Assembly (NCBI GenBank): GCA_026023565.1
Contig: JAPETS010000003.1
Span: 806,001-870,000, forward strand
Source: Cirrosporium novae-zelandiae
Lineage: Eukaryota
Reading direction: 5' to 3'
DNA: 64,000 bases
The notes beneath the pieces are model-generated. The model was not told the DNA's origin. It saw only the letters and a list, made by a program, of their open reading frames with translations, and did no database searches. This document shows positions 51,161 through 63,492 of this stretch, in pieces. A program made the translations under genes and the position numbers. Every line of letters starts with the position of its first letter. Position 1 is the first letter of the stretch.

Positions 51161-53700
51161 CCTTTCCCTGGTAATGGTCACCTTGCCTGTAAATAAAACA
51201 ACGACATGGCTATTAAGTTGCAAGATCTAAGCTAATAGAGGGCAGTTTGACTAAGGAGGACAATTTCCATATATTGTTAATGTATACACCTATTTAGGGC
51301 ATTGAGAATATTACTGATAGAATCATAGGCTTAGATTTAAATTCAGTCTAGCGATATTAGGCTTCTATCCCATTCATTGTACTTCGAGACCGCAAGGTTT
51401 ACTTTCATTTAGATTAGATTAGATAAAGGCGTGTAGAGATATTATGAATATCTAAAAAAACTTCGCTTCGCGTCGTTTATTATTTATGCAAGGACAAGGC
51501 TGAGGGGAGAGGTTTAGAGACAAGGTACTCGGGTAGAGCCTACCCCAACAGCAATGTGCCACGGCTACTTATTCTTACAGGTTGCCATACATATCGCCCC
51601 AACATGTACAGTACAGTAGTTTCGTGTAAGGGCCCTCTGAACTTGAGTTGCGTATTCCCATTCTAGAACGGGCTGTAGGTGTACTTGGTCAATCCATGAT
51701 TTGTTCAAGGGAAGCCAGTTTCTGACATAGGTCTTAGCTGACTTTCCTTGAATAAATCGAGGATGGACGTAGTGCAAGTAATAGCCCAAGCCGTCCCAGC
51801 GCTTATGAATGTGATGGCAGTATTGATAAAAAAATCCTGATATCAGCGTGACCAATCACTAGCGCTCTTGGGAATCGAACCATAAACCTGTAATGTATGG
51901 CATCCGACATTACTGTATTATATAGGTCGTACGAATAACTTTGGTTGGTGGCATACGGACAAACTGTGGCCACCGAGTTATTACACGGCGGCGGAGAAAG
52001 CGGGAACAAAGCAATCTCATCCTACTTAATTCTCCACGCAGTAAACTGGTCCGAGACATACCCCCCATTTTTCATACGGATTAATATATGCTTAATTTCA
52101 TAAGTGGTTGCATGTCCTTACTCGTTATTTAATCCACACGTGACATTGATATTATTCAAATGAGTAACAAATTAAGGTCACGGTGTATTTCCACCACTAA
52201 ATGTAGGCGCTAGATTTCTATCATATCATATCAGCCAGCCTCAAGTAAAGGTAGGTACTCCGACGTTGTGTTCATAATTAAAAGAAATATCAGAGATTAC
52301 ATTTTGATTTTTTGAGCAGCTATTTTGAGCAGCTCCGCCGCTACTTTAATAGTACTTAAATATAATATAGAATCTCACTCTCTCTATCTTGATGTTGTAT
52401 TACACTGCTCGGTCTCTTTCTAGGGGTTGGAATTGATGACGGCTGAGTCTGGGAAGCCTAGGGATCTATGAGTTTATTGGTGAGTAAGGTAAGTACTTAA
52501 ATTATATTATGAGAGACATCTTTCAGCTAGGTTTTATTGCTTATCCCGTAGCCTTCCTCGTTTTCGAGCCATGTAGCCTCTGGGATGCCTGAGTCGGATG
52601 ATCATTAAATGTACATTGACCTGCGGTTTGGCCGAGAAATTGATTTGGTACCTATTTTTGAGCTAATCCGAATCTTGGCTGTCTTGTTGGACGACTGCTT
52701 GTCGTTGCTTTCACGACGAGAATGAACCGTGGAGGGCCTTTAGCAACGTAATACTTACAGGGATATTGTCTTACTACATCGGCCAGACTTGACCAGTTTG
52801 AAGCAAAGAACACGTAGTTGAGCACCGGTTTAAAACGGTGGGGATTTCTAGGCAATGAAACATCTTCTCTCTTTTCGATGAGAGAGGAAAGGCCAAAAAG
52901 AAATCCACAAACTGAGCCCGGCAATATTTCTGAACCATAACAAATATGGCTCACCAATCCCCCAAATCACGGATCATTGGTTCCGGTGGGGAGTGTTGTA
53001 AAGCTAGATGTGCAAGCTAAAAGAAGTTCATCGAGCTTTTAGAGGTATATACATATCTACCGTACAATGTTGTCGGAGAGTATCCTAATTCCATCCCAGC
53101 ATTACCGATCGGAGAAACGAAATAGCCCTATACATCTTGATCAACACGCCGAAGACGGATGAAATGCTCTTACAAATTTGATTCATCTATCGCCATCAAA
53201 TCATTGACTACGTATAGGTAGACGTGGGTAATCCACAAATCTGGACGGAAGCTCCTGAGCTTTGAGACGAACGAGATGGTCAAGAAAAACTAAAAATGGT
53301 AACGAAAGAAATTTGTCTTTGTGTCGTCAGACTCTGTCCCTTCAAATATTCCAGTTTTGTTGTTGTTGATGAGGGGATGCACAGTTCAGTTGTCGGAGAG
53401 TCAGGAGGTTGAGAATTGCGGTCCGCCCCTGCCTTTATCTCTAGCCCTAATGTTCTTTAATTGTAAAACAAGTGGATTCAGTTCATGTCAGTATGTAGCA
53501 GACACTTACCTTAGTTCTTCTAGATGTATCTTCTTGCAACTGCATCGAAGAACGTTCATAAATCTCGCGCACAAAGCCTGTAGCGCACGATCATTTCTTT
53601 TGTATAAAACACTTATAATCCGTAGCTGTAAGTCTTCGCTCTCAAACTTACCATTTCTTCGTTCACAGGATAGATAGATACTGTACATGTACAACCAACC

Positions 53701-55020
53701 ATGGACAACCCCATTACCAACGTCTTCAGCATCTCGCGAGGGTGGACTCCTGCAGAGCTTTTGCTGCTTCTCTGCGTCATTCTCGAAATATTCATCCTAA
53801 CCGCCGTGGGCGCAACAGTTTTCCTTCTCAAAACCCTATCCCTTTCCCGAAAAAAGAACACCAGCGGCCAAGAAAACAAGATTGATTTCATCAAATTTCC
53901 GTCTGATATCGCATCTGACTACGATAACGGGCGTCGGGCAGACTGCCGGAGCGAAAACATATCCCCGATGTATAAAGATGGATTGCTCTACCCGGAGGGT
54001 TTGATATCGGGAACCCAACGTCGTAGAACCACACCAGAGCTTTGGGAGCAGATTCAAGGAATTGCAAGCGATGGCACTATAATTAGCCAATCTTCGGGGG
54101 TGATGAAGGAAGGAGACGACGAGAATTCAACAGCAGAGGAGAGTGTCCAGAATAGGGGAAGGTGCTTAAAAAGGTTGTACGAGCTCGAACAGCATGAGAA
54201 GGTCATCGAACGATTTAATTTTGAAGTTCCTAATCAACCACCACCTCAAAATTCGCTGTTAGCATGGAGGAGCTCGATCCCAACACCACCGCTTCCAGGA
54301 ATTCGTTCCTCGCAAGTTGAACCGGTAGTAGATGGGCTCCATCGCAAAGGTAGAACTGAAAGTGAAGGATCAGACTCAGCATTGACTGATACTACCTATG
54401 TCACGGGCAGCGAACCAGTTATAGAGAAGAATAAGGATATACCCAACTCCGTGGAGCTCATAGCAGGGCCAGATAAGAACTGCGAGGCTGTTAGTATTGC
54501 AGCAGAAGCAGCACCAATCCTTAGCGGACTAAGAAAGTGTTTTCGAGATGAAGGGAGGAGCAACCCGGAATTTTACAACTCGGGGGGAGGGGTCCTAAGC
54601 AAAATACCCCTGCCGTCTGGTGTTAGAAAGAAGCCTTGTTCACTGAATTTAACTACAACGAGACCTATGGCTGTAAACACACTACACGAGCTTCCCACAT
54701 CATTCTCTGCGCCCCTTCCAAATAGCTTATCTGAGAGGCCAAGACGAAATGCCTTCTGGGATAGGGAAAATCCGCTTAATATCACAGGCAGCCTTCTTGA
54801 ACATATCTTGACACCAATGGATTCGTCGACAAAGGTCGTAGCCGCTTTGGGCGAATTGGAAGAGCAGATTAAGCGGCTCGGCCATGAGCTTGATTTGTGG
54901 ATTGAAGATCTTTGGGTGTTGAGGGATCAAACAACAGAGAGAAATAGTGGGTGTGCAAAAAGACAGCTGTCAGAGATAAAGAGGGTTTCGGGTTCAGGCC
55001 CGACGACAATGTTCCCTTAG
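53701..55020 (+). CDS. Hypothetical protein, 439 aa, N-terminal TM helix, mostly disordered, C-terminal coiled-coil-like segment
   Basis: Long uninterrupted ORF; no family recognised. Confidence 0.55.
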   Translation: MDNPITNVFSISRGWTPAELLLLLCVILEIFILTAVGATVFLLKTLSLSRKKNTSGQENKIDFIKFPSDIASDYDNGRRADCRSENISPMYKDGLLYPEGLISGTQRRRTTPELWEQIQGIASDGTIISQSSGVMKEGDDENSTAEESVQNRGRCLKRLYELEQHEKVIERFNFEVPNQPPPQNSLLAWRSSIPTPPLPGIRSSQVEPVVDGLHRKGRTESEGSDSALTDTTYVTGSEPVIEKNKDIPNSVELIAGPDKNCEAVSIAAEAAPILSGLRKCFRDEGRSNPEFYNSGGGVLSKIPLPSGVRKKPCSLNLTTTRPMAVNTLHELPTSFSAPLPNSLSERPRRNAFWDRENPLNITGSLLEHILTPMDSSTKVVAALGELEEQIKRLGHELDLWIEDLWVLRDQTTERNSGCAKRQLSEIKRVSGSGPTTMFP

Positions 55021-55439
55021 AGTTGATCGTGGGTTTGCGATTTTTGATCAGTAATGAATAGAGAGAAAACACAAGTATAGACTTTAACAATACGTGCGGA
55101 ATATTTTTACTGGTTTTCCTCACTGAACCTAGATATCTTCTCAACTTCGAAGGGTTTGATGAATAAACGTAAGAATACAGACCAAAGCGATACACTGTTA
55201 ATGTACGGACTTCTCACTCCGGTAAGGGGAGTTAGGCGGCTATAAGGGGGTAACAGCTGGTATTATACCACGAAGGTTCTTATCACAATAGCAGAAAGTT
55301 TTGTGTTGGAGACTTTGGCGCCTACCTAGGGCAACTGCTCAAACTTCAACCTATCACATACTTACCACTCTTTTCAACTAACCTTCGGTAACCTCACAAT
55401 TCAACCACCTCTTTAACGACCGACTCAATATCTTAACTT

Positions 55440-56060
55440 ATGTGCTCGAAGTTAGAGAAAATGTCTCCAAGGCAGAAGCAGATGACTACTGATGCCATCA
55501 CCACTCAAGAGGTTTACCATAACCTGAAGCCAGTCACCAAGATTTCAATCCATCTTCTCGGATTGCTCCTTGGCTTACTCATTCTCTCATCGTTCCTGGA
55601 GCCTCGTTGCGCATTTCTGCTTGGAGTATCCGTCGTATCCACCCTCGTGCTCGCCTTGTTTCTAGGTGGATATGTGCAAATATCAACCACTGGTTCATCT
55701 GAATTGGTACCTGCTCCCACGTTCAAGTCTGCAGACGCACTAGAGCCAAATGGTGATGCACTTTCCAACATATCCGACTCGTTGTTAATCGATAGATATC
55801 TTGGGCAAGCGATACTGCAGTATTCTCCTATAGGCAGAGCTATCAAACACAGCTTGGGGTTGTCAGGCCTGGCTCGGGACCTTGAAATGGAGGGAAAGCG
55901 GGCCACTGGCTCGGTCTTCGATGATGATGACTACGAACGTCCCCAAGCAGTGGACGAGTCCTCCGATAAAACCGTCTCGTCCCAAGATCATTCGAACCCT
56001 CATATGCCCTCTCTTTCCCCACGCCCTAAGATTAGCAAGCCTGTTGATTCCCCTCTTTGA
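55440..56060 (+). CDS. Hypothetical membrane protein, ~200 aa, two TM-like segments
   Basis: ORF with two hydrophobic stretches; 3' structure uncertain. Confidence 0.45.
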   Translation: MCSKLEKMSPRQKQMTTDAITTQEVYHNLKPVTKISIHLLGLLLGLLILSSFLEPRCAFLLGVSVVSTLVLALFLGGYVQISTTGSSELVPAPTFKSADALEPNGDALSNISDSLLIDRYLGQAILQYSPIGRAIKHSLGLSGLARDLEMEGKRATGSVFDDDDYERPQAVDESSDKTVSSQDHSNPHMPSLSPRPKISKPVDSPL

Positions 56061-56724
56061 AGGAATCTTCCTCGATTATGTAGGGATAATAAGAACCTTT
56101 CAATTTTAGCTAAGGTACAGATGCTAACTCGTGTCAGTCATGCCAAGTGCCAATAATCGAAAGTGATATGTAGTCCCTGCTGCGGACATCCTGAAAGGAA
56201 TGCTACAAGAGGACGTATGGTCAAATTATGAACACAGGAAACAAGATGAGATAACAAGGCAGTCAGTTTAGATTACGAGTTCTCGATAGGGAGTGCTAGA
56301 ATAACAGCACTGCTGAAGAGAAAACAATCTACCCTGTAACCTACCTATCTATAGACCTCTATATCTAGGAATGAAACTATCAGAATTCTTCTTCAAAGTG
56401 AAGGCCTTTATTATTTAACATACCTATCTTCATCGGCAAGTAGTGTTTCGTTTTGAAGTCCTTTCTTTGTAGACCCTTGCTTTTTTCCAAAACGATTTAA
56501 ATAAGGCAGTCTAACATCAATACCTTATTTCAGCACTGAGTGGGTTTATCTCGATATCTTTTCGCCGGCAATTGTACCTATGAAAAGATAGAGGGTAAAG
56601 TTATCGTGAAGGGAAGATATATTGAAGCAAAAGAGTAGGATATATCTAGAGATAAAATTTGTCACGCTCAAAGTTACAGCTACATCATGTGACCGAGCAA
56701 TTAGCCTATGCGCTCGCTTGCCTA

Positions 56725-56996
56725 GCACCCTGGTCCCAAAAAATAAAGAGGACTCATAAATTCCTTCCTCTAAGCTAGCCTACGTGCCTACCCAGCACTA
56801 CGCCCACCCTCCAAAAAAAAGATCCTAGGGAGGCCTTCAGACAAAATCAATTTTTAATTTCAATAACAATTCAATTTGAAGGCCTCCCCAAAATCCTAGA
56901 ATACATAAAAATTGATTTTGTTTAAAGACCTCCCCAAGAAAAATAATAATTAAAAAAAAAGGAATCTGAGTGCCGTTTATTTTGGGACCCGCGTGC
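56725..56996. mobile_element. Foldback/MITE-like element with nested inverted repeats
   Basis: Outer IR gcaccctggtcccaaaaaataaag..attcc / ggaat..tttattttgggacccgcgtgc; inner IR 56825-56854 / 56907-56938. Confidence 0.55.
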
Positions 56997-57904
56997 CGGT
57001 GTAATTATCGATCCCTTAAAACGAACGCCCTCACTCAAAACTGCCACCATAGTCTACATTGTTAGGGTTATAAACCGGTCACGTGTCACCCACTATTTAG
57101 CCAGTGATTCCCACAGATAGAATCCACAAGTTTGTCGCATCTATCTGCTCCAATAGTCCCTTCAATAAAGAAAATGAATGCCATAGGAAGAAGAAGGATA
57201 TATCAATTGGGCTGTCTTTATTAAAGCAAGTACTTAATACACTGGCTGCATCATTAGCCAAATCCAGTGCTTCCCTATCACATCAGCTCATCAACTCCTT
57301 GCCTAGTCGACATGATAATCGGAGTCAGTCTGATCCTTAGTGCCTTGATCTTCCTAAGAGTCTGGCTCTGGGGTCATTCTTTTTTAAAAATCAACTCTTT
57401 CCCTTTTCCACAGTCCAAGGTGCATTATTTCCGCACCACTGGATCATGCCAGGAGATGTTATCTCAGCAGACTCTTGCTGCTCGCGCAGCTCCAAATAAA
57501 CGACTTGTAAAAGTTTTTAATATCGATAATGCATTCACGACAACGGATGCTACATATAAGCGATAGTTTGTTGAAGAGGTCCATAAAATTTTGAAGACAA
57601 ATAATACTGAATAGAAGAAATGGGCGGCGACAGCAGCTGAAACGTTTGAACTTACATTGGAGGAGTCACCAAAGTTCCTGTTTAAGAATAATACGAGGAT
57701 TAGTATGGTACACTTTGTACAAGGGGTTGTCTTCTCGACAGTCTTGTCCAAATTCTTTCTATTGCCGCAGAACACGAGATATCCAATTTGCGCTATCGAT
57801 TCTATAAGTTCGTGGTGGGCTGCTGATATGATTAATCCTTTGTGGATCGAGTCAAAGGTTGGCAAAATCAAATGGGGAAATTTTTCTTACATCGATTGTT
57901 GACC

Positions 57905-59430
57905 ATACAACAACTCAATAAGGAATCAATCCTCTTTTCTCCTCTAGCCTCCTACTTGTTTCTGCACCGATATTTCCCCGCCTATGCTTTGTACATATAT
58001 TTTGCACAACAAGAGTTCTATTTTTTGGTGAGGCCCTATACAAAAATTGGGGTGCATGCTTCGGTCCGCGATTCTATCTAGAGAAAAATTTTTATACACT
58101 GGTTTGTCTTGTTTGTTCGCGCACGGGTCCCCTTGCGGGGTATACCTACAGCTGTTTGGGCATCACGTGACTTAGCGCCACAATTCTGTCTATAAAAGCA
58201 GCAACTTCTGCCTAGTCAGTATTTAGAAATTACATCAACTTTCCCCACTTTTTCCCACCTCATAGTAACCAACCACTTCTACAACAACTTGTTTATTAAA
58301 AACTATTATCTTTCTTTCACATCTTACTATCATAATTTTAATCAAAGCTTACTTCACATCCTTCCTTTCTATCCCATTATCATAATCTTAATCATGTCTG
58401 ATAAATCTCCCGAAAATTCTGTCGAAACTGCTTCTAAGCCTTCTTCAAAACCTCTGGTGTTTTCACCTGCCTTTAGGGGAAGCCATACGTTCTCGGTTGA
58501 AAATCGACTGGCAACACTTCGAGAAGCGCTTGGCCAAGACAAATGGGTACACCAACGCCCAAATATCTCTAAAGCGATAGAGATGTATGAAAACGGCGAG
58601 CTACCACTGCCAAATTGGCAGAAAATTTGGTTCGCAAATGGTAGGGTTATTGATGGCCTACCGGATACGGCACCCGAAGGTGTCTATTTCTGGGTTGAGG
58701 TTTGTTTTTTTTTTTTTTTTTTATATAATACTAATTTAATATTTAGGGCGTCGGATGTCAGTTTCCGCAAATCTCTGCAACTCCTCCAGTAAGTCTGTTT
58801 GATAGTACTAATTACCGTGAATCTTTAGTGACTAAATAAATTCAGTAGGAGATACAGGGGCAATTCGCCCAGTCATCCAGATGTGCAATATATCCCGGTA
58901 CTAGTATGCATGTAGTAAGTTTTTAATTTTTTTTTGAAAATGAGCTTAATAAGATTTTCGCAAGACTCTGCCTGGCACCACTGTTTGGAGGAAGCCCCGA
59001 TATCATATCTAACATTCTAATCGCCAATGATACGGGATGAAATACACAAGTAGTGTTCGAGACGGATTTGGCAGCGGTGGGGATTTTTCCTATGTATAGC
59101 GGCTGGATGCTACCTTTCGAGATTGATACAGCTAATGGATCTGTATGGCGTGATCGAATTCTAGTAGAGATACAAATAGTGACAGCGACTGGGGATACTC
59201 TTACACCGTGGTTTTTCGAAGAGTGTGCTGTTATACCAACAGTTCCAGGTACTGTTCAGGGGCGTTTGTCAGGATTTAAAATGCGTAACTACCTTTATTT
59301 TGCAACTGCACCTGGAAATGGTTCTTTGTATGTTTCTCAAAAAAAGAACGGAATCGTTAGCCAACTACTACCTGTTTTATAAGATTTAGGTAGTTGCAAA
59401 TAGTCATCAAGTGAGAATAGACGAAATTAA
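57905..59430. mobile_element. 1.5-kb insertion flanked by TTGACC direct repeats, no transposase visible
   Basis: TTGACC at 57899-57904 and 59431-59436. P450 homology stops and resumes at these points in the same reading frame. Confidence 0.7.
58394..59382 (+). pseudogene. Intron-containing cargo gene with a C-terminal retropepsin-like aspartic protease fold; in-frame TGA just after DTG
   Basis: NILIANDTG*NTQVVFETDL...IDTANGSV...RLSG resembles the DTG, flap and (L)G motifs of retropepsins. Upstream exons have GT-AG introns; the middle exon structure is uncertain. Confidence 0.55.
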
Positions 59431-60859
59431 TTGACCCTTTCATTCACCAATCACTTCCTCCCATCTCCATAACAATGCTATCCCAAATACGTTCAAAAGC
59501 TCTCTGAACCAGATTCCACCCGCATACGAAACACTATGGCGAATTGTCCTGCGGCTTGTGATCGAAGTCCTCTACCACAACCATGCGCACACAGACTTAT
59601 GGCGCAAGACACTTGTAGCATTTGCTCAAGCTCCAACACTCACTCACCTCGAATCTCATAGCCTTGTTCCCGGAATGACCGTCCGTGCTATCGTCAGCGA
59701 AGATCTGCGTCTATATCCCCCAACGCGACGAATCTACCGCCAGCCGCAACCGTTACATAGTACTACTGATGCGGAAAAAAAGCCATTGATGCTGGCCGCA
59801 GATATCGAGCACCTTCACCGCGACCCAGAAATATGGGGACCCGATGCGTTGACATTCAACCCTGAACGATAGCTTAGAGATGCCGGCGATCTAGACGAGG
59901 CGAGGAAAAGGCAGAGAGATTTCAAGGCATTTATGCTGTTTGGGCACGGGTCGTTTGCTTGTCCAGCGAGGCAGGAGGTCGGCCCTATGATGATTGGGAT
60001 TCTGGTAGCGGTGCTGGTGGAGAAGCTATGGGAGAAGGGGATTACAATCGAGGCGCTTGATCATGCGAGTTCGGTCGTTGGAAGGGAACCACTAAGCCTG
60101 GAGAGGGATAGCTACAGGGGACTTTATATTCAGATACCTTAGTCGGGGGGCTTTTTACAAAGTTAGAGGTTAATCCTAAGGCTTAGGGTTTCGAAAGGGA
60201 TTTCCTAGAGTGTAATTGTAGAATAATTCAGAGCTGCTTTTTATCATCGATATCAATGAACACGGCTATTTTCACACTAACCCTGATTAATTTCCTTACA
60301 AGATAAAATGAACAGAGCTTCGAATTTTTGAGGCCAGACGATAATTTTTGAAGAGCCTTCTTAACCCATTAGCATTATGTGGAGTATTTTAATTGTAAGG
60401 GCTCACTGACATTTATGCCGTGGGTGATCGTTTTCCTGCTCATTGCATATTGACTTGGGTGGACGTGTAGGCTGGTCAGGATGAATGTGCTATTTTTTGA
60501 ATATGCATCATGTTATATGGCTACATGCGACAGGATTTCAGTTTTCCGAGCATCCTCGTACTTTGGCTTCACCCGATTGCGTGAGTTCAGGGTGGCGACT
60601 CTCACCGGCTAGAACGGTAAGAAAATGGCCAAACCGTCATAGATATTCGTCCGGTATGTTATACCGGACGAAAAGATCAGAAAGAATGCGGTCTTATATA
60701 AAAGCATCACCCTCACATTGACGGCATCATATGATATAGAACTCTCCTGCTCTCCTGCACCTTGTCGTTAGGCAAATGTTAGAATATTTTAAATCCTCGT
60801 CTCTCATTTCTTAGCAATGAAGTGGTGATGGGAATCAATTGTAAAAGATATAGAATCAA

Positions 60860-61695
60860 TTATTTCCTTTTCTGGTGCTTTCCCTTTTTACTCGAATTTA
60901 AATCGCGTCCCTTGGCCTCACCCGAACGAAGTGCAGCCCGCCGTCTTAGATACTGTTGTACAATGTTCTGGACACTTCCCATATCGTGCTCCGGTTTCCT
61001 GTTCAGAGAGCATTAGATCAATCCAAAATCATCCACAGAGTAAATAAAGGTTTAAAGGAATGCGGAAGGGTTCATACCTCATATAATATAACCTCGCCCT
61101 TCTTGCCCTTTTCTCTCTCTTCTGCGCCACTTCGATCCCCACGACATTGGGGCTGTAGATCTTAACCCACATCTCGACACCAACCCTCGTTAATTGATTG
61201 CGCAAAAGGATCGCGGTATCCGCTCCTCGTCGTCTAATGTTCAAGCATACACCGGCAAATGGATCGCCGGACCGAAAGGAAACCAATAGTACATCCCCGA
61301 CTTTTGCACCTTCTTTGTTCATCCTATTAAATAGTCTAGTACGGATGCCGGTTGGGTCGAGGAGAGCGATCTCGAAATCATTGACCTGTTTCACCGGGTC
61401 TTTGCATACCTTGCGAGTGGATGGGGGGGGCGAGTAGACCTTGAGTGGTTTTTTGGCTGTATTATTTGTCCATCAGCACGCTAATTCCTCAAGAATATTT
61501 ATATATAGGACTGAACCCGCCAAAAGGCATACCAGTAAAAGGTGCTCCCATCAATTGCGGAGGATCAGAAACTCTTCGTGCGCCAGCATTCTGCAGCGAC
61601 GCGAATTCCCTGACATTCAACTTCTGTTGCCTCAAGTGCCTCAATGTTGCCTTCCAGCAGCCTAAAGGCCGCATTGTCCGATTCAATGATGCCAT
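60860..61695 (-). CDS. IMG1: Mitochondrial ribosomal protein bL19m (Img1), 3 exons (61695-61533, 61456-61078, 60998-60860)
   Basis: VGDVLLV, FAGVCLNIRRRG, ILLRNQLTRVGVEMWVKIYSP, RARRARLYYMR L19 signature; transit peptide. Confidence 0.9.
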
Positions 61696-61928
61696 GAGTG
61701 GAGTATTGAAAGACTGTTCAATATTGAAAATAAAGCTGCACTTTCTAGCTTTAGGGTGTCGGAAAGAAGCAGCTCGACAGGGATCATCGGAGACGGAGGC
61801 TGTCTGTGAACCTCATTTTCTTGCATTCAACCTCATCAATTTACCTAAACACCTCTGAAGCAATAGCAATTAAAATCTCTCCTCTCAACACTAAATCCAA
61901 TTGGAAGGGGAGGCAGTGGATATTGGAA

Positions 61929-63152
61929 ATGGCGAAACCGGTTACAGCCGCTGCGCCGCTCTGTCGCAGTTGTGCGAAACAATTGTTGAAGGCACCATCT
62001 ATTCGGCGAACTTTTGCTACAACAGCCAGACAGCAAAAGAATGGTATGTATATATATCCTCTATAACGCAGTATCTAACAATCCATTTATTAACCATGAA
62101 TCCTTATTTCTCTAGGCGCTGTCCCCACATTCACACCCACCTCCTCCGTCGAGCTTGATTCCATCCTCTCCTCCTATCGTTCTAAGGTCTTCCTCCCCGC
62201 TCATCTGAACACGGCCCATCGCGACCTAATCTATAAGACCAAAAACAGCTCGGCTATAACCACTGAACCTATGATTATCACCGTTGCCCATGAGGACTTC
62301 CAACTTGAGCCTCTCAATAAGCTTAACGAACCTAGCTCCCGGAAGGCCCTAAAAAAGATATTACCTCTGATGAAAGATCCCATGGATTGGAGGAACTTGT
62401 CAAGTTTGCTGGCGGGCTTGAAGACTGCGAGCCGATACCCAAAAAAGGGACAGCTGGTTCAGATGGCACGGAAGGCGAATGAAGCTGGCATGCAAAACAT
62501 AATCCTCAATTGTGCTAGGCAGGTGACAAAGACTGGTTTCCGACTAAAAGACAGGGAACTCGTGTGGGAAGTAATATTTGGCGCACATCTTAAGGGCCAG
62601 CAATCTGGATGGGATGAAGAGGGCACCAAGAAAGCACTCACTGAGGCAGAGCAGGTGCTATATCTACTCGAAGAAGAAAAACATTGTGGCGGGAGTGTGT
62701 TCAGTGACAGGGATCCGAGGATACAGCCAGAGATTGTTGGTCTAGCACTTGAACTCGCAGCTGCGCGCGCTACTAAGCATGCAAATGGCGAAGACGCAGA
62801 TGATAAAGTGGAAAACTACGCTGCTAAGCTTATGACCTTGTGGCGGAACCCACTACTCCAATTATCCAAAGATAAATATATCGCGAATAGAAACTTGACT
62901 ATGTGGGCACCAGTGTGGAACGGAATGAGGATGTCAATCAACATCCTCGACAAGAAACTTTCTGGGGCTCAGGGCAAACACCAAAAGGTTACCCCAGGCC
63001 TTGGGAAGCTGGAAGACTGGCTGAAATTAATGATCCAAAGGGCTAGTAAAGAGGTGGAACCCCTCTTATTAGAGTCGAGAAAGGTTGTTCTCGAGACAGC
63101 GGCAGGGAAGCCAAGGAGGGGCCTCGAGATTTATGATGCATTATTGAAATAG
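61929..63152 (+). CDS. Probable conserved fungal mitochondrial protein of unknown function; intron 62044-62115
   Basis: Transit-peptide-like first exon (LCRSCAKQLLKAPSIRRTFATTAR) spliced in frame to a long helical ORF; divergent from the L19 gene. Confidence 0.7.
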
Positions 63153-63492
63153 AGCAGGGTTGAGCGTGCATTGCGAAAGTCTGTGTGAATCATGGTTGAA
63201 TGTGCATGTACAGTGTCCTGGAAGATTCAGGCTGAAATCCGGCCCAATTGTCTAGACGCACTATTACCATCAAATGCACATCCTGGGCTGGTGGAGCCAG
63301 CTCTCTGCGATCTGATAACACGCCTCGGCCCTCTTTGCTGCCAGCTTCTATTACCGCGTGTATCTCCTTACGTGAATAGGTACCTATATAAATACCATGA
63401 ACGCCAATGAAATCTAAAAGTCTTTTCGGAATCATTACTCTTCGTTCCATACTATCGCTGAAATGCAAAAGGAAAGACTACTTTTTTCGCCA

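Larger units (their letters stand above)
57312..60142 (+). pseudogene. Cytochrome P450 pseudogene interrupted by an insertion (5' part 57312-57904, 3' part 59431-60142)
   Basis: N-terminal TM anchor, RAAPNKRLVKVFNIDNAFTT, PAYETLWRIV (I-helix), EDLRLYPP (ExxR), FNPER*, FGHGSFACPA (heme Cys). Stops at 57564, 57612, 57900 and 59870. Confidence 0.85.
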
